IMG/VR virus record: IMGVR_UViG_3300030331_006178
Location: 1-59,319 of that record
DNA length: 59,319 bases
Source of the DNA: a virus
Taxonomy: Duplodnaviria; Caudoviricetes
Strand: one strand, 5' to 3'
Shown: one piece after another, positions 26,934-38,900 of the stretch
Numbering within the stretch: position 1 is the stretch's first letter
How the letters are laid out: each line of letters begins with the position of its first letter
The notes under the pieces: generated by a model
What the model was told of the DNA's origin: nothing
What the model saw: the letters and a program-made list of their open reading frames with translations, nothing else
The model's database searches: none
Made by a program: the position numbers and the translations under genes

Positions 26934-29900
26934 ATGACTTCAATTAAAAGATGGTATGTACAAAAAACAATAACTAGAATATCTCAACAACAGGCTTTAG
27001 AGGTTGTTGAAAATTCTGATGAACAATTTATAAATGCACAGCTGAGTAGAACTGGTTTTATTCAAAATAAAATACAAGGCGCAGGAGAAATAGTTCACTG
27101 TGTCGTTAAGTATCCTTTAGAATATTTACGAAAAGAATGGGAGATACAACAGTTCAGCAAACAAGTATATTTACAAGAAATAAAAAGCAATTGGTATAAC
27201 ACTTTTTTTGATTTTATTATTAGTGATTTTGTTGAGAATGAAAGATCTAAAATTGAAAAAGTGGGCAGATATCTTGAAGGAGATAGTTCTTTGACGCTAC
27301 CAGCGCTAGAAAGAGAGTTGGTCTCGGGCGAGGGCATTGTCTTGAGATCTCTGATTGAAGACAATAGTTCAATAGTAGCAACCGGCAAGTATTATGTTGA
27401 TACTGGAAAGCCACTTGCTGGTTCTTTGGTCACTTTTCAAGGGCTGATGATTATACCAAAAAACGTTGTTGAAGCCCCAGCGCCACAAATTGATGGGATT
27501 CGTCCCTTGTCTTTAGTCGAAATAAGAGAAATAGCTTGCAGTCCAAAGCCTGAAAATGAAAGAAAAATAAAACCTGACGATCCTGGCGCAGAATTGGGTA
27601 TCAAAAAGAAAAAAGTAACCACATCGGATAGAAAAAGAAAGCAATTATCAAAAAAACAAAAAATAGATATTTCTAGGGCAGTGAAAGCAAAGTTAAATCA
27701 AGTTGGAGATGCTGCATTTCTAAATGCGCTAGCCAATGCAGATCAAATTAAAACGACTAGAGATGCATTTGATTTTGTTTTAAATGTGTTGCCTTTGCGT
27801 CAAATGGTACAAATTGCATTAGATTGTGCAAAAAAGTTTATACAAGAGACTCCTGATAGTGCAATATGCGACGTTATAATGCGAAATCTTTCAAATCAAG
27901 ATGTTGTAATATTGTTGCGTTATGCAAATATAAACTTAACAACTGACCTCATCGCAGCGCAATTTAAAACGGAACTAATGAATAAATTTGAAGGATCAGC
28001 TGAAGACGATCCAGTCGGGTTTAAAAACTTTTTACAAACAGAGTTCAATAATAACGTAGGCACCAGAGAAATAATATGTGCAATGGTTTTTGCTGCAATA
28101 CCCGCCGCAGCTGCACTGCTAGCTTTGTATTTAAAACAAGATTTCTCTAATTTGACTTCTGATGGTACTTGCGGCAATCCTTTACTGCCAAACGAAAAAG
28201 AAATTAAAAAATTATTAGAAAATCCGGCACGAACGGCATTAGAACAAATTGAAAAAGGAATAAAATCCCACCCTATACTTTCTTTTACAAAAAACTTTAC
28301 CGATAACATGTTAAAACAGGTTATTTTATTTGTCGATCAATTGATAGTCCAAAGCATATCTTTAATGCTACAAGAGTTAGCTTTTCTTTGTGATGGAAGC
28401 AATAAATCTGATTATGCTAATTCAAAGACGACAAGTCCCTTTAATTCAAATATCGATGAACTAAACACAAATGCTAATATTTATGATGAATTATTTAATG
28501 ATCTAAATCTAAGCACCGACACAGAAGATGATATCGATAAAGAGCTAATAACAAATTTCTTTTCAGACATATCTTCTCTTTTAACATTATCTGAGATATG
28601 TGTGTTATTTACTGGTAACCCTAATGAGATAAACTATTCAATTGTTGTTGATAAGATTTTTTATGGGCTGCTTGCCCTAGATTCTTATGGGTCACTGAGA
28701 AACAAACTTAACACAAAACAAAAACTAGTAGACTTTTTAAATATCTTTGCAGAGAGTTTTGATGCAAAACTTTGTAACGAAAGAATAGAAAATTTAATAA
28801 AATCAAAAAAATTAATATCTGAGCTTTGCGATCCGCCTTCAAGTGAGGCTTTAACTAATGAATTAAGAGAGAAAGCAGTAAAAAGCGCAGTCGACGAGCT
28901 ATTAGATCAAGAGCAAGATCTTTTAAACGATTTGTTAGACACTATCAATAGTGTTGTTTCACCTGAAACCCCAGAGGTGTTCTGTGGTCCTGAAGCTGAT
29001 AAACAGGGAAAAACTCCGCTTGTTCCAAGTTTTCAAGAACCCAGTCAGTTATATTTAGCAAAAAGGTTTCTTAGAACAACATTTAAAGCTGCCGAGAAAT
29101 TATTTGAAGGAGAAGTAAAAAGTTTTAAATCGATTTTAACAAAGCCAGCACAATTTGCTAGCAACCCAGATGATTTAGTAGGCTCAATAAGCAAATCGTT
29201 CACCGCGGCAGGACAAGTTGGTAAAGTTATGAGTCAACTTTACTCAATTGGAAATGAAAAAGCTAAAAGTAAACTAAACAGTACACCAGGATACGGAGAT
29301 GCGAATTCATTAGAATCTGTCCTGCAGAGTTATGCAAGTGATAACAAACTAGTAGCAAAGAAAGTTAATGATTTTTTAATAGGAGTCCAATCGGATTTGC
29401 AAACAGAGGTGATCACCGCAGCTGGCGGTCCTGTGTTCAAATATACTATATCCGGTGGAAATGACTTTAGTGATCTATTATATGTTTTAAATTATTCTAG
29501 CAATGATTTTGTCATTGAAGGGTTACCAATAGATTCAGCAATAGTTGAATCAGGCTTTTCAAGATTGGTTTATAATGGAGGCGAGGCTTCATATTCATCA
29601 GAGCTTCCCGTATTACCAGATGATAATAACAACCCCTATGTTTATAATAATTTAGACTTACTAGAGACAAAATCCACTTTTACTTCTTTTATAAAATTAA
29701 TGGTTTCGGACAATAGCTTTTTTGCAAATAACTTAGAGCAAATAATAAGAGAGCATGCAGAATATATAACTACGGTTGATTTGTTTAAAAAAGATAAGTT
29801 TAGCAATTTAACTCTAGTAAAAGATAATAATTGTGACTTTTCTCTTTTTTATTATGGAGATATATTAAATAAACTAGAGCAAAGAGCAAAAAAAGTTGAA

Positions 29901-32195
29901 TGTTTAACTGGATTTGGTGCTATACCAACGCCCTCTGAAAAAGCGCTTTTAACCTCGATTTATGAGGGCATGATTCGTGTGATAATAACAAATGAAATGA
30001 TGAAAAGCTTTTTTGTTTTTGCTTCTTTTGGATTAGAGGCGCTTTTGCCTACTGAAGAACAATTACAGTTAGGGTCTTTGGGCAAAAACCTATCTTCATT
30101 TTATTTTGATTATTTAATTGAAGAAATAGAAGCCAGGACAAACCAGTTGAATATATTAACTCCAAAGCTCAGAAGAATTATAACGGAAGTGTATGCAGCA
30201 GAGCGCGATAAAAAACTTACTGAAACTAATTTTAATGAAGCAAACCTTCACTTCATTCAAGGTTCAGCGAGAATAGTACAACAAATACTAGCCCAAAAAT
30301 TGAATAAGTCGGGGATACCAACGAAGCTTATTGAAACTGATGCTTCTTATGGAATAGTCGCGCAAGAATTTATAGGTGCTTTGTCGCCGCAAGATAAATA
30401 TACACAAATATTAGAGAATATAATATCTACAAATCCCGCCGCGGACTCTGGTGGTTGTTATGCACCTCCAGCTATAATAGATGTTGATTATAACGATAAA
30501 TATGTTTTAATAGAACAAACATACAGTAAAAATCCACGTTTATACAATGGTGGTTTTTTTGTGGAAAAAGGCATCGAAGTGTTTCATAATCGCCCGGGAG
30601 ACACAGCACCTGGCGGATTTGATGTAAATAGGTTTATGAAGTACGTCAACGCGCTACCTATAGTGCTCACTCCTGTTCCTACAGAACAAATAGATTACTA
30701 TAATAGAGGTCTATCGAACACGCTTGGGGACGTCTCGATCCCCACTCAGCTTAGAAATATCATTGAAATACTTTTAGGCGAGACGGCTGATGATTTTGAT
30801 TCTAGAGTTCAAGATTATATTTTTGGAGCATCTAGGCAAGTTGGAGATTCACCAAAAAAGAAGGCAGCGATTTATGTATCAGCGACAAGTCAAGACAGTG
30901 TTGAGGATATAAGTTTTTATTCATCCAAGCAAGGAAAAATAGTAGCTAGTCCTTCTTCAATAGATTACTTGGAATACAAGTCACTCAATGTCACCTTGGA
31001 ACAATTTGCAAACAAGTTTTATGATGGCTTGGAGGTAGCTAGAACTCAATTGGGAGAAAGTGTAATTTATGATAATTTAGGTAGTTTGTTTCCCTTTGCA
31101 CAATCAGCTAGCCAGATAAACATACTTGCAAGAGAGGAACTAAAAAAATTAGGAAAATACTTTAATACTTTTAGAACATATAAAACTTTAAATTTATTGT
31201 TAAGAGTAGAAGATACAGAGTTTGTACAAGGCTACTATGATCTTATAAAACAAGCTATAAATCTTGCAGATAATGCGTTTTCAGATGATCTTAGAGAGAT
31301 TATAAATTCTAGTTTAAAAAGAAAGTTCTTTGTTAAAGAGCAAAATGGTCCATTATATTTTAAATTACCCTTGATAAGCGTTAATAACGATATAACAGAT
31401 GCAAGCTTAATAGAAGATGCTTTCAATCAGCTAGAAGAATATGATTTATTTTCAGAGCAAAAGTTAACTTTTGACTTCGCAGAAAAAGCAGACTTTCAAA
31501 ATTTGGTTACATTTACTCAATATGAAAATATTCTTTCATTTGTGTCTGTTTTAGTTACAGAATTAGTTGATTCAAGCTACCCGTCTTTAAACTCAGTTTT
31601 TAACAAAACATTACTAGTTCTGCAGAATAGTATGAAAAATATGGAAAACATTGCAAATCGAGATAACAATCCAAACGTATATGAAGCCAATCCAAACATA
31701 GCAGAATTTAATTCACCAAACCAAGCAGATATGGATTTGATTGGCTTGTTTGTAGAGGGTGTGCTTAAAGCCGTAGCAAACATGACAGATCCCACTTGGA
31801 GAACACCGTGGTTTTTGCCGGGACCTTTGACTCCTTTTGGAATTATAGCAAAAATTTTAGACGGTTCGGACGATGTTTCAGACGTTAATGCCGCAACTAA
31901 ACAAAATGAGGTTACGCAGCAGGATTTAGAAAGAGCTTACAATGAAGGAAACTGTGACGAGTTGACCCCAGATATATCAAAAGCTGTATCAGAAGTCATA
32001 ACAAATGAAGAACCAATAGAAGTGATAACAGATATTTTAGCAGGCACTCAAACTCAAGAGGCTGTTGACTCGACTCCAATCGTCGAATCAGATGATAATA
32101 TAAATCAAACGGTTCAGTCTCAAGATGTGCAACAGGACACTGGCACTTTGGTGAGCGATGTCTTGGGTCCAACGCTTAATATACCTGGAACTTAG
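26934..32195 (+). CDS. Large hypothetical virion/baseplate protein (1753 aa)
   Basis: A long intact ORF inside the baseplate module with no recognised catalytic motif. Confidence 0.6.
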   Translation: MTSIKRWYVQKTITRISQQQALEVVENSDEQFINAQLSRTGFIQNKIQGAGEIVHCVVKYPLEYLRKEWEIQQFSKQVYLQEIKSNWYNTFFDFIISDFVENERSKIEKVGRYLEGDSSLTLPALERELVSGEGIVLRSLIEDNSSIVATGKYYVDTGKPLAGSLVTFQGLMIIPKNVVEAPAPQIDGIRPLSLVEIREIACSPKPENERKIKPDDPGAELGIKKKKVTTSDRKRKQLSKKQKIDISRAVKAKLNQVGDAAFLNALANADQIKTTRDAFDFVLNVLPLRQMVQIALDCAKKFIQETPDSAICDVIMRNLSNQDVVILLRYANINLTTDLIAAQFKTELMNKFEGSAEDDPVGFKNFLQTEFNNNVGTREIICAMVFAAIPAAAALLALYLKQDFSNLTSDGTCGNPLLPNEKEIKKLLENPARTALEQIEKGIKSHPILSFTKNFTDNMLKQVILFVDQLIVQSISLMLQELAFLCDGSNKSDYANSKTTSPFNSNIDELNTNANIYDELFNDLNLSTDTEDDIDKELITNFFSDISSLLTLSEICVLFTGNPNEINYSIVVDKIFYGLLALDSYGSLRNKLNTKQKLVDFLNIFAESFDAKLCNERIENLIKSKKLISELCDPPSSEALTNELREKAVKSAVDELLDQEQDLLNDLLDTINSVVSPETPEVFCGPEADKQGKTPLVPSFQEPSQLYLAKRFLRTTFKAAEKLFEGEVKSFKSILTKPAQFASNPDDLVGSISKSFTAAGQVGKVMSQLYSIGNEKAKSKLNSTPGYGDANSLESVLQSYASDNKLVAKKVNDFLIGVQSDLQTEVITAAGGPVFKYTISGGNDFSDLLYVLNYSSNDFVIEGLPIDSAIVESGFSRLVYNGGEASYSSELPVLPDDNNNPYVYNNLDLLETKSTFTSFIKLMVSDNSFFANNLEQIIREHAEYITTVDLFKKDKFSNLTLVKDNNCDFSLFYYGDILNKLEQRAKKVECLTGFGAIPTPSEKALLTSIYEGMIRVIITNEMMKSFFVFASFGLEALLPTEEQLQLGSLGKNLSSFYFDYLIEEIEARTNQLNILTPKLRRIITEVYAAERDKKLTETNFNEANLHFIQGSARIVQQILAQKLNKSGIPTKLIETDASYGIVAQEFIGALSPQDKYTQILENIISTNPAADSGGCYAPPAIIDVDYNDKYVLIEQTYSKNPRLYNGGFFVEKGIEVFHNRPGDTAPGGFDVNRFMKYVNALPIVLTPVPTEQIDYYNRGLSNTLGDVSIPTQLRNIIEILLGETADDFDSRVQDYIFGASRQVGDSPKKKAAIYVSATSQDSVEDISFYSSKQGKIVASPSSIDYLEYKSLNVTLEQFANKFYDGLEVARTQLGESVIYDNLGSLFPFAQSASQINILAREELKKLGKYFNTFRTYKTLNLLLRVEDTEFVQGYYDLIKQAINLADNAFSDDLREIINSSLKRKFFVKEQNGPLYFKLPLISVNNDITDASLIEDAFNQLEEYDLFSEQKLTFDFAEKADFQNLVTFTQYENILSFVSVLVTELVDSSYPSLNSVFNKTLLVLQNSMKNMENIANRDNNPNVYEANPNIAEFNSPNQADMDLIGLFVEGVLKAVANMTDPTWRTPWFLPGPLTPFGIIAKILDGSDDVSDVNAATKQNEVTQQDLERAYNEGNCDELTPDISKAVSEVITNEEPIEVITDILAGTQTQEAVDSTPIVESDDNINQTVQSQDVQQDTGTLVSDVLGPTLNIPGT
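32100..32186 (+). repeat. Copy 1 of a 29-aa C-terminal peptide shared with ORF 46406..49945
   Basis: INQTVQSQDVQQDTGTLVSDVLGPTLNIP, 21/29 identical to copy 2. Confidence 0.85.
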
Positions 32196-32239
32196 GTTGC
32201 TTCAAATAATTGGTTTGGTAATGAAAATCATATTAATCA

Positions 32240-32247
32240 ACTATTTA
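32240..32247 (+). promoter_or_regulatory. Candidate phage late promoter ACTATTTA
   Basis: Intergenic, ending 19 nt before the gp25 ATG and followed by AGGAGATA. The arrangement is the same at 53616. Confidence 0.5.
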
Positions 32248-32266
32248 TGGACAAGGAGATAATTTA

Positions 32267-32683
32267 ATGTCCACTGCTCGTAATATGACAAATGGTATTG
32301 ATGCTGCATTGCCGTTACAAGAGGACAATGTTGATTTATTCTATAAACTTCACAAAAATTTAAAAGATAATATCAAGCAAAACTTAAAAATGCTTTTATA
32401 TACCGCACCAGGCGAGAGAATTATGGTTCCTGAATATGGAGTGGGGTTGAGAAATTTTTTGTTCGAGCAATCACCAGAAGATGATATAAAAGAAGCCATA
32501 TTTGAACAAGTTGCAATATATGTCCCACAGGTTGAAATATTATCTTTAGAAGTTTCAAGGGCGGAAGATAGAGAAATAGCTAAAGTAGGACAATCAAACA
32601 CCTTAACTATTAATCTCGTATACGAAATTAACGGGTTTAACGTTAGAGATTCAATAATAGCAGTTGATAGTTCTCCTAATTAA
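32267..32683 (+). CDS. Baseplate wedge subunit, T4 gp25/GPW family
   Basis: IKQNLKMLLYTAPGERIMVPEYGVGLRNFLFE signature. Confidence 0.9.
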   Translation: MSTARNMTNGIDAALPLQEDNVDLFYKLHKNLKDNIKQNLKMLLYTAPGERIMVPEYGVGLRNFLFEQSPEDDIKEAIFEQVAIYVPQVEILSLEVSRAEDREIAKVGQSNTLTINLVYEINGFNVRDSIIAVDSSPN

Positions 32684-32709
32684 CTTGTTAAAAGGAAAAA
32701 ATATATACC

Positions 32710-34509
32710 ATGGTAGACAGTAAAAAACCAGCAATTGATTATACCAGTAGAGATTTCAATTCAATTAAATCCGATTTGGTTGACTATGCAAGAAGATACT
32801 ATCCAGATACATTCAGAGATTTTTCTATCAACTCTTTTGGCTCCTTAATGTTAGATACGGTTTCGTATGTTGGTGATATTTTATCTTTTTATCTAGATTA
32901 TCAAGTTAATGAAAGTTTTTTATCCACCGCCACAGAATATGATAACATATTAAAAATCTCAAGGCAATTGGGGCTAAAGGCAGATTTGGCGCCTGCATCT
33001 TATGGGGTTTTAACTTTTTTTGTTTTAGTACCAGCAGCATCTAATGGTGCTCCTGATTTTGACTATGCACCAATATTGAAATCAAATAGTAAATTCACAA
33101 CTACAGACGGAAGAACATTTACATTGCTTGAGGATGTTAATTTTAAGGACACTGATCAAAATGAAATTGTAGTTGGCGAGGTTGACTCAAACACGTCTGT
33201 GCCGACTAGCTACGCTATTAGGGCGAGAGGTCAAGCCATTTCCGGAGAACTAGCCGTTTATGAGGAAGTGTTGGGTGGGTATCAAAGATTCAGGAGAGTT
33301 GTTGTACCGGGAGAAAATATATCTGAAGTGGTATCTGTTATCGACTCAGAAGGAAATGTTTTTTTTGAAGTTGATTATTTGTCTCAAAATACAGTATACA
33401 CAACCCTTGAAAATAAAAGTGAGAGTAGAACAACAGTACCCAACATATTAAAACCAATAGCAGTGCCCAGAAGATATGTGGTAAGTAAAGAAAGAGATAA
33501 TGTAATTTTACAGTTCGGTTTTGGAACAAACGAAAATGTATCTGAAGTTCTTGACCCTAGTAATGTTTTAGTACAAGAGCACGGTAAAAAACACATAACT
33601 GATGATTCTTTTGATCCCGCTTCTTTGATCAAAACAGACAGTTTGGGCGTGAGTCCTAGCAACACCGTTCTAAGAGTGATCTATAGGGTGAACGGCGCTG
33701 AGAATACTAATGCGGCAGCAAATACTATCACTATACCAGGAGAAGCTATACTTACTTTTTCTAGTGAAGAAGAATTAGATTCAACTCTTGTGCAAAACAC
33801 AAGACAAAGCTTAGAGGTTACAAATGAAACTGCTTTTGTTGGCTCAAACCCGTTACCGAACTCAGATGAGCTAAAAGAAAGAGCGTTTGGCGTCTATTCT
33901 ATGCAAAACAGGATAGTTACAAAAGAAGACTTAATAACAGCAGCCTACAACATGCCAAAGAATTTTGGTTCAATTAAAAAAGCAATGGCTTACCAAGACT
34001 CAGATTCCTTTAATCAAAGAAATATTAATTTATATGTTATGTCACAAGGGTCTGATGGCAAATTAGAAAAATCAAATACAATTATAAAAAATAATTTAAA
34101 AACCTATCTTTCAAGATTTAAAATGATCAATGACACGATTGATATATTAGATGCGAACATAATAAACTTAAGAGTCAATTTTAGCATAATAGCTTTTCCA
34201 GACGTTGAAAAGTTTAGGGCTTTGGATCTTGCAAAAAGAGATTTAGTTAGGTTTTTTAACAATAGAACAAATTATGAAATAGGTGAATCTTTTTATATTA
34301 CTGATATTTTTAGTGTTTTAAAGAACTCTTCTTTGGTTTTAGATGTTGTAGAGGTTGACGTGGTTACGAAAACGGGTGCTTTATATGCTGATACAAATTT
34401 CAACGCTTCTGTGAACAAAAGTGCAGATGGTAGAAGAATTTTGTGTCCTTTTGATTCTGTTTTTGAAATTAAATTTCCTGATACTGACTTGGTGGGGACA
34501 ATTAAATAA
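32710..34509 (+). CDS. Baseplate wedge subunit, T4 gp6 / baseplate J-like
   Basis: IDYTSRDFNSIKSDL, YVGDILSFYLD...NESFL, LQFG.G and QNRIVTKED. Confidence 0.85.
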   Translation: MVDSKKPAIDYTSRDFNSIKSDLVDYARRYYPDTFRDFSINSFGSLMLDTVSYVGDILSFYLDYQVNESFLSTATEYDNILKISRQLGLKADLAPASYGVLTFFVLVPAASNGAPDFDYAPILKSNSKFTTTDGRTFTLLEDVNFKDTDQNEIVVGEVDSNTSVPTSYAIRARGQAISGELAVYEEVLGGYQRFRRVVVPGENISEVVSVIDSEGNVFFEVDYLSQNTVYTTLENKSESRTTVPNILKPIAVPRRYVVSKERDNVILQFGFGTNENVSEVLDPSNVLVQEHGKKHITDDSFDPASLIKTDSLGVSPSNTVLRVIYRVNGAENTNAAANTITIPGEAILTFSSEEELDSTLVQNTRQSLEVTNETAFVGSNPLPNSDELKERAFGVYSMQNRIVTKEDLITAAYNMPKNFGSIKKAMAYQDSDSFNQRNINLYVMSQGSDGKLEKSNTIIKNNLKTYLSRFKMINDTIDILDANIINLRVNFSIIAFPDVEKFRALDLAKRDLVRFFNNRTNYEIGESFYITDIFSVLKNSSLVLDVVEVDVVTKTGALYADTNFNASVNKSADGRRILCPFDSVFEIKFPDTDLVGTIK

Positions 34510-35993
34510 TGGCTATAAAAAGATATTACGCTACAAAAGACAACACAATAACAAACGCTTTTAAATCAAATCTTCAAACCCGCGGTGTCAGCGGAAACAT
34601 GGGTCAGTCGGACATTTTAGAAGTGTTTAGTATATATGCTCAGGCTAGCTCAAGCTCTGGTCTATCTTCAGAATTAAGTCGTGTGCTTATCGAGTTTGAT
34701 ACGACGGCAATAAACGCAGACAGAACCGCTGGTGCTATTCCCGCCTCTGGTAACGTTAGCTTCTTTTTAAGAATGTTTGATGCTGAACACACGCAAACAA
34801 CACCTAAAAACTTTACTTGCGAGGTGCAAGCTATTTCTCAGTCCTGGAACGAAGGTCTCGGATTGGATATGGAAGAATATAGCGATTTGGATGCATCTAA
34901 TTGGTTATCAGCCTCACAGGGAACCAGGTGGGTGGATATGAGCGATACGCCATTAGAAGGCGGTAGCTTTATTACAGGATCCCCAGGCGCGCTTACGGAA
35001 TATCTATTCACTCAATCATTTGATAGTGGTTTCGAAAACTTAGAAATAGATGTTAGTCATTTGATTGAAGACTGGATTAAAGGCGATTTAACTAATAATG
35101 GTTTTGGAGTGCAGCTATCTAGTAGTTTGGAAACTCAAGAAAATTCCTATTACACAAAAATGTTTTTTGCTCGTGGATCTCAATTTTTTCACAAGCGCCC
35201 AATTATTGAAGCTAGATTTGATGATAGCAAAAAAGACAATAGAGGTGACTTCTTTTTAAGCTCCTCGCTGGTACCAGCTGCTGATAATTTGATGAATTTG
35301 TATTTATACAACGTTGTTCGGGGGCAATTAACTGATATTCCAGTAGTGGGGACAAACCCGTTGCAGGTTAACATATTCAGTGGTACGACTTCACCAGTTG
35401 GAGATGAATTGTTTTTACCAGTCGGGGGCGGAGTTAATGCGACAGGTGATATTAATATAACCGCTTCACATGTAGAGACTGGGATATATTCTTGCTCGTT
35501 TGCTTATACCTCATCTAGTATAACAACTATTTTTGATGTGTGGAGTAGCGGTAGCATACAATATCATACTGGTTCTGCTATAAGTGTTAAAACTTTTGAT
35601 AGCCAAGACTTTAATTTTGATCAAAGATTTGTTTCTAATATCACAAATTTAAGATCGACTTATAGTCAAGGCGAAAAGGTTAGATTTAGATTATACGTTC
35701 GTGAAAAAGATTGGTCTCCAACTATTTATTCAGTAGCGAATAACGAAATAGAGACAAGCATTATCGAGGATGCTTATTATCGATTCATTAGAGTGAGTGA
35801 TGATTTAGAAGTTATTCCTTTTGGGACTGGTTCCCTAAACCACACTCGATTATCTTATGATACGAGTGGTAGCTACTTTGATTTAGAGATGGACTTGTTT
35901 GATACTGATACTGTTTATGAATTAAGCTTTGCATATCTAATTAATGGTAGCCATGTTGAACAACCAGAAAGGTTTAGGTTTAGAGTAGAATAA
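34509..35993 (+). CDS. Virion structural protein (beta-rich, DNRLRE/Ig-like)
   Basis: ATKDNTI, SRVLIEFD, SQSWNEG.G and EIDVSHLIEDW pattern. It is coupled to gp6 (TAATG). Confidence 0.55.
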   Translation: MAIKRYYATKDNTITNAFKSNLQTRGVSGNMGQSDILEVFSIYAQASSSSGLSSELSRVLIEFDTTAINADRTAGAIPASGNVSFFLRMFDAEHTQTTPKNFTCEVQAISQSWNEGLGLDMEEYSDLDASNWLSASQGTRWVDMSDTPLEGGSFITGSPGALTEYLFTQSFDSGFENLEIDVSHLIEDWIKGDLTNNGFGVQLSSSLETQENSYYTKMFFARGSQFFHKRPIIEARFDDSKKDNRGDFFLSSSLVPAADNLMNLYLYNVVRGQLTDIPVVGTNPLQVNIFSGTTSPVGDELFLPVGGGVNATGDINITASHVETGIYSCSFAYTSSSITTIFDVWSSGSIQYHTGSAISVKTFDSQDFNFDQRFVSNITNLRSTYSQGEKVRFRLYVREKDWSPTIYSVANNEIETSIIEDAYYRFIRVSDDLEVIPFGTGSLNHTRLSYDTSGSYFDLEMDLFDTDTVYELSFAYLINGSHVEQPERFRFRVE

Positions 35994-35994
35994 T

Positions 35995-38900
35995 ATGTCC
36001 TTAAAAGATTTATTTAAAGAACAACAATATAAAAATCTATCTAATTCTTCGATATCTTCTTTAACTGCTAGTGGAGTTGAGTCAGCAGGATATATAGAGG
36101 CATATTTAGAAGATCGAAATAGATTTATACCATTAGTAGATTTCTCCCAGCCTGCGAATTTTGCTCGTTTTGGCTCCGCAGAAAAATATTATTTTGATTC
36201 GATAAGAAGAGTATATCAAACCTACCCATATGATGGCTCCAAAAAAGAGAAGATACAGTGGGAGTTATCTTCATCTGGGCTAGATTTATATCTTTTTGAA
36301 AACGAATACCCTAGAACCACTGGTTTCGCAGTGTTTTCAACCTCTAGTTTGACAGCAACAGATACTTCAACAAATTATTCTGTTTGGGGTTCATATGGCG
36401 CCGCAGGCAGCGGCACTTACGAATATGTTTCATTTAATGGCGGTCCACACGCTGGTGAAGGCAGTGCGGTACACATTGACCCCGACACAGGAGAAGCCCA
36501 TTACAGAGAAAAAGCCAATCTTTATGATTTATCAAAAAATAGAGAGTGTAATCTAAAAATAGGCGGCGATGACGGCAATACAATAGAATTTTGGCTTAAA
36601 AAAGCAGCGTTTAACACTAACGCCACTCAGACCGAGGTTATTTTTGATATATTCACCACGTCTTCAATATCTTCAAGTTTAGACTATGGACGCATGACGG
36701 TGGAGGTATCAGGACACGGCGCAGGAACAAATACGCTATCTCCTTTTTATGTTACCTACCTATCGGGTACTTCTGGAATATCTAAGCAAAACATTGGTGC
36801 ATCAATTACAACTTCTTCCGTTGCAGATGATAACTGGCACCACTATTCATTTAGATTTAAAAATGAGGGCTCTAACACCTCCGTGGATCTTTTTGTTGAC
36901 GGAGATTTTAATCATAACATAAAAACAGGCACTACGACTGATTATGTTAGTGGTACGCTGGTTGGTACTATCGGCGCCCTAGCGACTGAGCCTTCAGGTA
37001 CACACGCGGGCTCTCCTCAAGCTGGAGAGGGTTGGGGTAAACTGTCTGGTTCTGTTGATGAACTAAGATTTTGGAAAGTTTGGAGAAATTCTCAGCAAAT
37101 ACAGACTCGCTGGTTCGATCAAGTTGGCGGCGGAACAAACACAGATGATGCTAATACTAATTTAGGGTTGTATTACAAATTCAACGAGGGAATAACTTTA
37201 ACCTCTTCAACAGATTCTGTAGTTTTAGATTATTCAGGCAGGATTAGTAATGGAACATGGGTAGGGTATTCTTCACTTTTCTCTAGAGACACAGGCTCAG
37301 CTATCAATGAAACCAATTTAACTAATTTTTCAGGGAGTGAATTTAGAGATCCTATATTATATGCATACCATCCTGAAGTACAATCTTTCTTATCTGATAA
37401 AAGAAAAGAAGGTAAAGAATATGATTATGGAAACCCATCTACAATATATTACTCACTGCCCTCTTGGTTAATTGAAGAGCATGATGCAAATGATCCTGAT
37501 GGCGAAGGAATAATATCAAACTCTCTTTGGAATCTCACACAAATATTAAGTAGCTACTTTGATAATGCAGCTAATTTAATGAAATCATTACCAGATTTAG
37601 CGCAAACAGAATATGTTAGCGGCTCGCAAAAACCTATTCCATTTATGAATAGAATTCTTGAATCAAAAGGCTTTGTTGCCCCAGAGTTGTTTAACGCCAT
37701 TGATGCACTAGAGAATTTTGAAAATAGAGATAATAATTCAATATATACGGAAAAAATATCAGATATTAAGAATATTATTTATAGAAACATTTACAACAAT
37801 CTAACTTTTATAAATAAATCAAAAGGCACTGAAAAATCATTTAGAAATTTGATTCGCTGCTTTGGTATAGATGATAAGATATATAAATTAAATTATTATT
37901 CCAACAACGTAGATTATATATTAGAAGACAATTACAGATCTGTTGCTGATAAATTTAAATTAGTTGATTTTAACACTTTACTACACACTAATGCAGTCGT
38001 GTACCAGTATTCCAGTAGTTTAAATTCTAATTCAACAACGTTTATTTCGGCTAGTAAAGATTTCACACCAGCGACCTCACAAGAAGCTGGATTGCCATTT
38101 AGCGTTGAAGCAAATTTAATTTTTCCAAATAGGGTAGATATATCCGACTATCACACCCTTGTAAGCAATGATCCAACATTTAGAAATAACTATCCCTTGT
38201 TTCTTACTGCAAGCATGTTTGGTATGCATACAGCCATTGATTCAACTCCCGCTGAAACAACTTGGAACACTAATGATTTTGCAAACTTTGTAGTAAAAGC
38301 AGTTAAGCCATCGTTGTTTTCTAATAAAGCAAAATTTGTTTTGACCGGTACAGCCGCCGGCTTTATACCAGAGCTTACCTCTTCTTTCATAGATGATATT
38401 TATGCTGATACCGATTGGAGTTTTCTAGTTTCTCTGTACCCAGAAAAGTTTCCAAATGTCAATGAGGTTTCGGGAGCAGCTGCTGATGAGAGTGGATATA
38501 TAGTTGAATTCACTGGTATTAATAAAGTTTTAGATACAGTAATAAACGAGTTTACTCTAACAGGCACTTTAGCGGCTGACGAAGCAACTAAGTTTTTAGC
38601 ATCTCCAAAGCGAGTTTTTGTTGGTTCACACAGGGACAACTTTACAGGCTCAGTGTTGCAACAAACAGATATTAAATTTAACACTATACGCGTTTGGCAG
38701 AACAAACTTACTGCAAAAGACTTATCGGTACATGCTTCAGACCCAAACAACTACAGCATTAAAAACCCGGAGCAAAATGCTTATCTTTTCAATACAAAAA
38801 TAAACAAAGTTTATGTTCCAAACAAAGAAACTATGCTTCTGCATTGGAACTTTAATAATGTAACGGGCTCTGATGCTTCAGGTGAATTTATAGTAGATGA

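Noticed and set aside
26934-32195. 1753-aa protein as tape-measure protein
   Set aside because: It is partly helical but lacks the Ala/Gly-rich periodicity, and no tube or chaperone genes are adjacent. It is left as hypothetical.
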